Program-made: the position numbers and the translations under genes
The notes under the pieces: generated by a model
Databases searched by the model: none
Told to the model about the DNA's origin: nothing
The model's input: only the letters and a program-made list of their open reading frames with translations
In this document: positions 53,239-64,000 of the stretch, piece by piece
Position numbering within the stretch: the first letter of the stretch is position 1
How the letters are laid out: every line of letters starts with the position of its first letter
Source: Balanoglossus misakiensis
Taxonomy: Eukaryota > Animalia > Hemichordata
Direction: 5' to 3'
Assembly: GCA_040954595.2 (NCBI GenBank)
Contig: CM082594.2
Span: 6,085,962-6,149,961 of the forward strand
DNA: 64,000 bases

Positions 53239-56200
53239 AATCACTATGAGACTGTGAAAAGTCCTAGAACATCATCGTGGTGAATAAAGTGCACATTTTA
53301 GTGTTATTAAGTGGCAAAAGTATTACTAGCATTTCGGCACAATTTGAACTGATAAAGAGAAACAATCAGCTGATCAGTAACATTAATATTAACCAAGGAA
53401 TTATTCCACTGAATGTTTTCAAAAGAACCACAACAACATGAGATCGAACCATGGGAAAGAAGCCAGGTTGTCGTCTGCCAACACATTAACCGCGCAATTT
53501 GTGATACGGCACGTCCTAGCAACTTCACTTTGTGTATCATTTGTCCTGACATAATACAACATCGAGATGATTTAATAATAAGTTAATGGAAGGTAAAGGC
53601 ACGTCTTAAATGTAGCTTGTCGGTGATATATGACGCAGTAAGGATCACGCCGGAGCCTGTGTAATGCAAACACTCCAAGGTCTAAAGACCCCGAGTGGCG
53701 ACATAGCTTCACTCGACAACATGCGCGCCGTTAATGAGTAAATTTTATAGCCGGGCACGATTTATGAATATGATCCTTCCAGGTGGCAATGATGGAGCGT
53801 GAGTAAATATCATGTGGGTCAAATGGATGGCGGCCATGCCAGCTATCTTAGCATATTCGGTAAAATTGCAAAACGTGCGGTAGGTGAGAAGTTGAAGTTA
53901 CTGTGGTAAGGGTTTATCCAGTGTGTTTGTACATGTTTGGCACACTTGGACTCAACATATGACTCAGGCAAGTGTACGACACAAAATGTTAGTCATGTCA
54001 TGTATGTACACAAACAAAATATTCATTATCCGGGATACTTGTAAAAAGTATAATTAATCTATAGTCTTGCCATTGCAAGTCCAATTAGGGAGCGAGAAAC
54101 AGACTTGTTTGTTAGGGAATAAATTCCAGATAGCTTTCGGTGATCGTGTGCCGGAACTTACATGTACATGTATCTACATGTGGCTGTTCTAGTCAAACAT
54201 GCCAATACTTGTTTTGCCTGCAGCTATATATTCTCTGCCCGGTGTATCATTTCACCGTTTTGCCTTAAATGAACGAGCATACCCACGGAGTCAATTTGTG
54301 GAAATTTACACAGCCCTTAATTTCGCCAAAGGTCCAGCAGACGTCACCGGATAATTCGTTTTACGTCAATTTAGACACGTGTTGTCTCGGAAAGTGACTG
54401 GCACATCCCCAGTAATGGCCATAGCAACGGCCAATTAAATCTTGCGTCACCCTCGGGGCTCTGGGTATCTCATGGTGCCTGTTCGATTCCTTTCATGCTA
54501 TCTGCCTCCTTTGAAGCTCACTCTCAAATTGACGTGCGTCGTTCTACTTTGTAAAGTTGCAAAAAGTAATAATGTTTTAAGCACTTTCATCATCAGAGCG
54601 GCGATATTTATGTCCTACTGCGACTCATATGTGAAACCGTGTTTTATCATAGGTCCCCGCCATACTGACTACAGGCGAAACTGTACGTGAACAAATCATT
54701 TATATACCAAATTAAAAGATAACGAGTCGCCCGGGGAAAGCGTGCGGCAAACACTATATGACTCAGTAAAGTAGCTTTAGGAAATTGAACTTCGTGCAAG
54801 CAACGTTTATAATCTAAATGTTGGCATTTAAATTGCTCACGAATATGCTTTCATAAATATGTTAAAGGACAGAATTGCTGAATGTGTTCAACTGACAACG
54901 AGTGAGCATATGTTGTCTTTTTTGTGATATATTCTTGGTACATCAAGGTAGAGTTTATTTAAAATTTGTACATTGTTAAATACACAAAACACTTATTGGT
55001 TTAATTAATTATAAATGAAGTTCATACATGTATGATCGACAGTTTGAAAAAGGCGAAATGTTCGAAGTCATTCAATTTGTTGCGTACTTCGCCCGCTGAA
55101 GGATCCACGTTTCCATATCAGAAAAAAGTTGCAAGTGAGCAAATAATAAAGAAAATCTATGACATTGCTAAATTAAAAAACAGACGCCCAATGTCTGCAT
55201 TTCAACGATATGGAAAAATCCCCAAATGGTACCATTTATAAGTCCCTTTAACATCGCCTGCGATAAAAGTAGTTCGGGAGAACTGGGTAAGAGTACGCTT
55301 GTCTCTCGAGTAATGCGGTTATTTGTGACAATCTGTGATCATCATTTTTGTGTTGTCCAGGTTTGATAAATCATTAATGCACCCAGTGGCACGGATCATT
55401 TATATCTATTATATACGGATACTAGAATCAAATGTTGATGCTAATCGTTAGATTAATATCTGTCGCCACATGTGCCTTCTGAACATGATGGGCAGGAGAT
55501 TTTATTATGCTGTTTTGTAGTTCACATAGCAAAACCTCTTGATGTTTTTTTAATTCTGAGTGACTAACCGAAGCCACTAAATCAAAGTTTATCCCCGATA
55601 ACAGAAGTACGAAAATCAATTCATTCGAGAGCATCTTCCACCGTGAGAACAATTAAAGTACTCTGTCAATGTCCGCATTAACTTTTAATACATAGTTTGC
55701 CCAAAAGATGCTAGATAGAGACTGGGAAATTATGACATAAAACTGAATAACAAAACACTTGTAAATGGACACTGTCGATTTATGTAGATTCACAGTATGA
55801 CTTATTTTGCATTAACTTAAACATTATTACTTGTTAGCACATTCCCTTTGCTTGACATCTGACCTATGTGGCCAATACCACAATTATTCTGAAATCCTTT
55901 TATTCTAATTGCCCAGTACTTTGACTTAGAACTAATTTCTTCCTAGAACTTTATACTGTAAGCGACTCTTGAAACTCAGCTTGAAACTATATACTCCAAT
56001 CAGCATCATCGCTTCTCCTTCACAAGGCTGCTTTGATTGCCACCTTAAAATACTGCTAATCTTCCTGAATTTATTAGATCGTCTTGTTAACTTGTCTCCC
56101 GGGGACAGAGTACTGTTCACACCTACATTTGATTGAATTACTGGATGGGTTATTAATGAACCCGACAAACCATGCAAGTGATTAATTTTCAGAGCCATTG

Positions 56201-58021
56201 GCAGTTATTGCCAGGCAGTGTTAAACACTGAGGCCGTAAATTCAGTCAACAAGACACTTGAACTAGGTGTCTTATCACTGCGATGGCAGGACAAAATTGT
56301 TGGATTCAGTTGATTAATTATCAGATATAGTGCTCAAACTCACGCGGCGAGGCTGTGATTAAAACGGTATTTGTGGGTTGTAAATCTTAAGTACAAGTCT
56401 AACCTTTGTGGACAGACAATGCACAAAATTAAATGGATTGCATTTCAAAAACGGAATTTAATTCCTTAGACTGGCTTAGCAGGGGACTAAAATGATTATT
56501 AATCTGAGGTTGACAGATTTGTATAGGAATTATAAAGGTTTTTTCTGTATGTTTATATGTAAGTTATGTATCAAGTAGTGCTATTGATGCTTGTTTTATG
56601 CAGTTCATCAATGTTAATTCAGCGCAACCTGGAAGCAAACGAATTTAATGGCTTTGCATTTGCCTGCTGAAGTACATCAGGCAATTGCCCAGTGTGACTG
56701 ACTCATACAGCGTGCATAGACAAGGCTAATGACACGTGTTTGGTGTCTGCAGAATTTGATATCCGAATACACTCTGGCAAAGCGGGGAAGCGGCCTTTAG
56801 AATGATTCTGATGTTTGATAAGTGACTTCTCGGTAGAGGCTGATACTGAAATACGGAGACTTTTCACTTCTCCGATGCCGAGTATTGATTACTCTTTTGT
56901 AAATTGCCGGCGAGAGTCAATCGAAACCTGTCATCGACCGGTGTGGCCTGCGGATGCGAAGCTTTCCCTGTCTGTCATAGACCCGGCACTGAAAAGGGGC
57001 ACTGAATCGTTTGGCAATGTGTTCAGTTGGTGCTAGTACATGTACGTGCTTGGCGTATCTGGAGGAAGATATAGATTTCGTGAAAGCAGCTTGACAGGAA
57101 CCTGATCCCTTTGACAGACATAGAAAAGTATGTTTAGATAATATCAGACGTCTAAATACAACCAGACTTTGTAAATAATTACACAGAGTTTTATTTTAAG
57201 CAACTGCGAAAAATAAAGATTAATTGGCTGAAATGGTATCATCGCAATGATTTTAATGTTTTTGCCGATATGCAACTGTCTTAAGCGGGTTCTACATTTG
57301 CCAATATATTTAGACCACTCTCCTTAATATCAATTTACATCACTTAAACACACTGCCTCCACAGTGCACCAATTCGACGCCATGTAAGCAATACACTCCA
57401 GGGCTATTTACTTACATGAGTGGCAAGCCTTGCACACGCTGGCAAAATGTTAGTATTGAAGAGATGCAACTAGATTTTCAAACTGTGCATTAATTCGCCT
57501 TGGAGGCAATGATTCTTTAGAAGTGCCATCAAGACTGATACCTTTCTTAAGTTGCCACAAGAGAATGCTCGAGTGATTTTCCATCGCTGCATTGTGCAAG
57601 ATTTTGCTTGTTCAGTGTTGGACTTCATCGTGAAGGAGCACTGCAGCTTTGAAAAATGTGTTAAATGCGCCATGTGGGGTCCGGTCATGGCTGTTTCATA
57701 TTTTAGCCTACATACATTTATGAAAAATATTTTTGGATACAATTATGCATTGAAGAACAGGACATCTAACAAACTTTTTCTTTTACAAATCCCATGACAT
57801 AAAGGGAGTCTCATGCGCATGTGCCAAACCAGAGACACATGTGCATAAGACAACCATCGGCCTTTAAGTTTACATAGAGTTACGTCGTGCTTGGAATATG
57901 GGTCCTCATAGCCTGTTGGCTTCTCGGTTGTTCGTCAGGAATATGGGAAGGAGAATAAAATGTGGGGTTTAAAGAAATGATCATTGTTGAGCTCACGATT
58001 AACACTTCAGGCTTTCATTAA

Positions 58022-58209
58022 AATAACTTCTGATCTAGGAGTCTTGTCGTGGAACCCTGTCCCGATCAGGTTGACGAGTTACTGTACCAAGTCAAATTAA
58101 TTTCAGAAAACATAATTAACTTCTGATTTAGGAGACTTGCCTGATTATGTCATCGAATCCAGAATTTAGTCGGGTTAGCGAGTCACTGTACCGATCATGT
58201 CAAATTAAT
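58022..58209. repeat. Diverged ~93-bp tandem duplication
   Basis: TAACTTCTGAT(C/T)TAGGAG(T/A)CTTG … GGTT(GA/AG)CGAGT(T/C)ACTGTACC … GTCAAATTAAT occurs twice. Confidence 0.75.
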
Positions 58210-59799
58210 AGAAATTACACTGTACGAACATTTCCTTCAAGCATAGCAGCTAGGTATTTGAAACAGGGTAATTCTGTAGATTTATTCGTGATAATGTAGT
58301 GTAATGAGATAATAATTGTCGGCGAGTGTTTCAACGAACATTTATCAAGTCAACGACACCGCCAGCGAGTAGGCACTGACACAGCGCCAGTCCCAAGGCT
58401 AGTAGCTCCATACGTACTGGTTCTGCGCAATCAGTCGGAATGATAACACGGCATAGTCTAGGGATGGAGATTGTGTTTAAGGCGGTGTCTTGTGAGTTTG
58501 ATGTCTTGAAATACATGGGAGAAAAATACTGAGAAAATAGCCAAATGTGAATGTTACTGTGTTATTCTGCAGATAGAGATACTATTCACATTTTACATAC
58601 TCTGTGTGGGTATAGGATTTTTTTCATGTTGCCTGTGTAGTAGAAATGGGTGTGTTTCGAATCTCGCCTAGATAAAATATCACACGCGCGAACATCGTAA
58701 AAGAATATTTAAAGAACAATGATTCACAATCCCGAAAGTGGTGAAACGACCATGGGCCTTCTTGGGCGCAGCGACCTTGCTGTTTTGAAGTCAATGACAG
58801 TAAGCCTGCATCCGGAGGGAGCAAGGCATATTTAGTTCAGCAGTAAGACTTCATTTTAAAAGGGGCCGGACTACTTGATTATCAAACCCAGCCGAGGAAG
58901 CTTAGTGTGCCATTTCTGATTATACCAGATCGATCTTGACCCTCCACAGAGGAAATCATAATTTCAAATTTCGAATCAAAACAGAAAAAAGAACCTTGAA
59001 ATCCACATGTATCTGTATTAAAAATGTCGTGAAGGCCGAGCTCTTGTTTCGTGGAATTTTAGTAGGCATCCCCCGGTTACACTCTGAGCATTATTTCATT
59101 CAAACTGCGCATGGTCCTTGACTCAGTTTCATACATTCATTTATCTACCTATGAGCCGAAACTTTTCTACATTACTTTCATGATTCCATTTCAAAACAAC
59201 AATAAGTCCTTGAAAATGCATTTCCTAGGATATTTGTATACATCTATCCATCATATGTGCAAATGTAATCGCCTCCATTGAAATATAAAGGTAGGGGGCT
59301 GGCCGATTAGTACGCTGAACCGTGGGAATAGAATTGCGAAATTTCACTATCCCCTCCCTCAAAGGTTGACAGAAGTCGCAATTATTTCAAATGGGAGATA
59401 CACAAAGGTCACGGGCTAATAGGAAGGACTTCCATGGGTCGACCCCTACATGTTCAGCCATATTTTATTACCACTAAAAAGCGACTACAAGGCGCCCTGA
59501 TCCAATGATGCCTATTTATGTGAAACTTAGTATCCTAGCTGAATGCCATGGTTGAAAATTTAGCACTGTATTGACATGTACTTTAATTTAAAATGCTACT
59601 GACGGAGAGCTTTTCAGAAAAAGTATAAATGGTGACATCAAACAAAGCTAAACTCTTGACAAATTCTGTACAAGTACTACATAATACGCGCCCGTTGAAT
59701 GTATTATATGCATTGAATCATTCCACAACAAATAGTGATGTACACTCTTTATTCGCATGCAATTATCCGAAGATAGGTCAAGCATTTATCTATTTTCCA

Positions 59800-60136
59800 C
59801 AGAAAATTTTCAGTGCCATGAACAAGTTTTGCTCAAGGCAATTTTAAATTAGTCTCTCTCCCAAAATCGAGAATAAAATTGGGGTCACCGTGCACATTTT
59901 CGAATGGGAGAGCCAAATTGTCTCAATTCTGAAATTCAAAATGGCCGCAAATATTTGTCTTTACTCTACAGAGAAAACAATGAAGTCGTATTTTTTTTTG
60001 AAAGCAAGCTGATGATCACCGCCCTATTTTCTTCAGCCATCTTTCTTTTTAATAATGACATAGCAAAGAATTGAGAGATTTGGAGGACTATCATATTTCT
60101 TCTGAAAATCTGACCCGGGGGTACGTAGTACCTTTA
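59800..60136. mobile_element. Degraded non-autonomous DNA-transposon-like repeat fragment
   Basis: Contains AAAATTGGGGTCACCGTGCA…GAAATTCAAAATGGCCGC and ends in a terminus-like CCCGGGGGTACGTAGTACCTTTA. The core ATTCAAAATGGCCGC recurs at about 2810-2824. Family assignment is from recall, not a search. Confidence 0.4.
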
Positions 60137-63100
60137 GAGAAGTGTGCATGATTATACCTGGCTGATACTTGAATCCTGTTGACGCTAAGAGTGATATTCA
60201 CTTTTTAATACAACAGTCACATGCGTATGTATTAAACCGCAGGGATATCAAGTTCGACTTTGAACACAAAGGCCCTGGAACTATATTTCTATATATCTAC
60301 AACCCATCGCACAAAGTGCAGTAGTTTTTATACGCAGAGCTACCACGGGCTCTCGTTTCTCGCAAAACGGGTCACTGAAAGAAGAAGTAGAAAGGTTTGA
60401 TTTTCCCTCCTCTATACCCATGGCGTTCACACGTTTACAGTTTCAAATGGACATTTTCAACCGATCTCGAAAATTGAAACAAGTATATTGGGTATCAGTC
60501 TCTTGATCACACGTGCACACCTGAACAACCAATGCTGTTTGGGTATTTTCATGTGCAACGTTGGTGTTCACAAGCATGTACTTTTTCTTGGCATAACGTT
60601 ATTTGACTGACTGTCTTTAAATATACGGCAAAGTGGCAATTTATGTAATATTGAAACAATTGGAAAAAAAACGCTGTCGCCTCAAATTAACGTCTCAAGT
60701 CCACTTCAAATGTAACTCTGACTTAGAAAAAAGTGAACGATATGATACAATTTGTCTTGCCATGCGTTGAAAATGGAAAAATTGACTGCAGCTCTTAAGT
60801 GGAGGATGATGCCACATGGCGAAAAGGTCATCCGACCCCGAAACGTTGAGGGGGTAAAAGGCTTTCGAAACACAGGACGCGTTTCTATGAAATCCAAATA
60901 AACACCAACAGTCGGTCATTGAAGCAAGGCGTTTTAGCCGCCCAACCGTGATCGACAAAAGTTTTAATACATTACGCCCCCGTTGCTATCAGCTCGACAA
61001 CCTTCAAACTCGACAGGCGGATGTGCACATGCAGAAAGCAGAGCGCTTTTAACAGTGATGAGCTGTAGCGAGAGACAATTTGTAATCAAGGATAAATGAT
61101 GGATCGCCAGAAGGGCGTTTTTTTGTGTGAAAGCTTTCCAGAGTGTGCCGGTGTACAAGTTCTCGATGCTTCCAGGAAAACACTGGCATCGAATTTCAAG
61201 TTGAATTTCACACCGGGAGACGCTCAATCTGGGAAATTGATCGTGCATGCGGCGGCACCATTGAAGTCTTATTGGAAGCGATCACACCACAAGCCATCGC
61301 ATCTCCATCTCGCAAACGTGGTTCTGGAAAACCTTGATCCACACCCACTCTACTCATCTTTTCAGGTTTCTGTTTTCTGTCAGAGAGGCATCATTTGCAG
61401 CTGTCTTACACGGGTTGACAGCTGTTTGAACATAAAACGGTTGAAATTCGCGGCGCCTCACAAGCTCTCAAGATTAAAGGTATACACTCACCACTGCCTA
61501 TGAAAGTAAAAAAGGTTTGCTGTTTAAGTTCCCGTACATTAAATTATTAAACTGAACATACCCATTAGCCTTAACCTATAATTCTCTTATTAGACAACTA
61601 TTTAACATATAATCAATTACAATTAATAGTCACAATCTTTACCTTCGCGTCCTATGACACAAATTTAGCACATTTTATCGCTAAGAATCCAAATAGGAAA
61701 TGGGATATTTCGTCTTGATGGTGGATTTTAGTTTGGCCTCGGAAACGTACCCAGTCATGAAACTCGACTTTAGACAAGACTACCCTAGGTGAGTGAAAGG
61801 TTTTGTTCTTGAAAATATATGACAGCGGATAAGATACCATCCATAATTATGATCAAGAGACATTATCTTCTTTTAAAAAGAGGCTTAGGTCTAGTTTGTC
61901 AGACTGGCGCGATGAATATGCCCCTGCCTGAGAAAGCCTGAAGCGAGACTTGCCTCGGCATCAGTCGCCTGGTTTTGTTTTATTATCTGGAGAGAGGTTT
62001 TTTCTCGTTTTAATCCTCCCCAAAGGAAATATACGGAGACGTTTCCATTCCCAATATGAAAAAAAGGTTGCTAGTTGACATTATGAAATGACATGAAAGA
62101 GCCATGGCAGCCATGGCTATAGCTCTTCTGAAAATAATTTTCTACCGATACATTCCAATTTGACCACTTGGATCATACAGAACGTTTAGTATAGTGGCAA
62201 TAACACTGCACCGATACCTGATGGAACAGCTAATACAATTATCGTCTCATACCCCGGATTAAGCAGGAGCACTCGTATACGAGAGCACGTGATTTACTGA
62301 TTGTGTCGACGGGATACTGTTAGCCAGGGAAGGCAGTATTAGGGTCATTACAGCGTGGCTAGATTTTCTAAATCCCATCTGATTTTTGTCTTTTTGAATT
62401 TCGAGACTGATCAGTGCTTATCGCATAACTGGTGAAGATACACGACTGTGCGCCTGCGCAGATCATTATTACATAAAACATACGAAGCATGTAAGCTTTA
62501 GGTAATTATTCCCCAGATAAGGAAATGAATCAATCCGTCGTGGGATGTTGAGAGGTCGACGGCACAGTCTCCGTTGTTCACTGGGAAGACATGAACTGAA
62601 GATACTTTCACAGGAGTTTGTTGAGAAATCTGAGTAACAGCTAAATAATTACCAAGTGGCTGCCACATACTTCTGATCAGATTACATGATATGTTTCATC
62701 CTACCACAGTCCCTGGGACTCTGATCCTACTAATTATACTCCACTCAACTCACCAAGAGATTTCACCTGACTTCACATATATCTACCTAAATCGATAATA
62801 TATACATCGGTCAACTTCTACCATATATTTTACACAATACGACCGAATATTTTACAAGGGATGACCATATATTTGAACTAATCCGAAGATATGCGTTCAG
62901 CCAACTCGTCTATATTGACTCAGCGCTAAGAGTGTTAGTTTCTTTCAATTTTATCAAATCCAATAGAGACGTTCTTGATCTTAAACGCGCCGGGTAGTAT
63001 ACCTATGCAGCTTCAGTCATCTTCAAATAAATAGCGCAAGTTTAACGGTTTGTGGCCCATAAACCCACACTGTCAGGCCTGTGGCAATTCTATGGATATT

Positions 63101-64000
63101 ATGATCTTGCGATCTACCGCTTGGTTTTTACTGTCGCATATAAACCGTTGTCTTGTCTTTTGCAAACCGTAAATTATCTATCGCAGCCCCATTAAACTGT
63201 GTGTGTTTCAGAACAAGGTAAAATGCCAAGATATTGTTTTGTGTCGGGCATAAAATAAAATGACATGCACGCGGAATATAGACTAGCCCGGGCCCATCCG
63301 TGCAGATGTCCACCTGGCTAGCGTAATGAACATGGAATTGAAAAGGGGGAAATCAATACTCAGATTACGAGGGAGGGGCAATCGATTGTAAGTTTGCAAA
63401 CCCGAGATTAAGCCTGAGCGGGGCTTCGGTGTCATTTTTTTCAGACCCATATCTTGGCATGCAATCCGCGGAAATAATGAGGGGACTGACAATCACTTTG
63501 AATTTCTCTAGAAAATTATCCTGAGAAGATTTAATAATAAGCGAGCATGCATAATAGCATGCCGCGAAAAAACAGATGAGAAAAAAATATAGGCAGCCTG
63601 CAGGGTGTAGAACCTGACGTGATGATACAGGGTGGGCGTACAGGTGGTGTGAAGTTGGCTCCGCTGCAGGTGGTATTAAATTGGAGCACGTATTAAACTT
63701 GAAATTAGATATCACTAGCACCGAAAGAAATGTAATTTAGGTCGGTCGTATGACTGTTATATCTCTATGTAAGGAATCTGCAGTTGGCATGGTGACATAT
63801 TACAAGGAGTACATCCCTCAGTCTATATGTCCTTTGAGAGACAGAATCCATAATTATTTACTCTCGGTCTGTCTATGTTTAAGCTTATTATTGATGTCGT
63901 CAGCATTCCTGGATATCGCTAGGAAGGATTGCGTGCATATGTGTTTAACGTACATGTATATGGAAGAAATATTTATTTCGGAAAAGTTAGGTGAAATTGG

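Noticed and set aside
61096-61503. 135-aa ORF
   Set aside because: No recognisable domain, no codon bias and no supporting splice structure. Possibly decayed repeat sequence.
1-64000. Prokaryotic features (CRISPR arrays, operons, IS elements), tRNA and rRNA genes
   Set aside because: The sequence is eukaryotic and mostly non-coding. No repeat-spacer array or structural RNA gene was recognised, and the remaining short ORFs in the track look random.

Overview
AT-rich, intron-dominated animal genomic DNA, probably from a marine invertebrate deuterostome (inferred from repeat and codon style, not shown). The only confidently coding sequence is three paralogous ~0.8-kb minus-strand exons (C: 41882-42677, B: 39576-40374, A: 8412-9228). 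Each encodes a signal peptide plus the N-terminal ligand-binding part of a natriuretic-peptide-receptor / receptor guanylyl cyclase extracellular domain (ANF_receptor family). All three end at the same codon (…IMP[K/R][S/A]R) with a phase-1 GTAAGT donor. I found no exon 2, transmembrane, kinase-homology or cyclase exon between or after them in the window. The best explanation is a tandem array of alternative variable first exons, each with its own promoter, spliced to shared constant exons lying beyond coordinate 1. This resembles clustered protocadherins or UGT1A, but here for a peptide-receptor guanylyl cyclase. It is a hypothesis that needs transcript evidence. The rest of the window is non-coding: microsatellites, a hairpin MITE, degraded repeats, many RFX X-box-like motifs and a few weak exon-like fragments.
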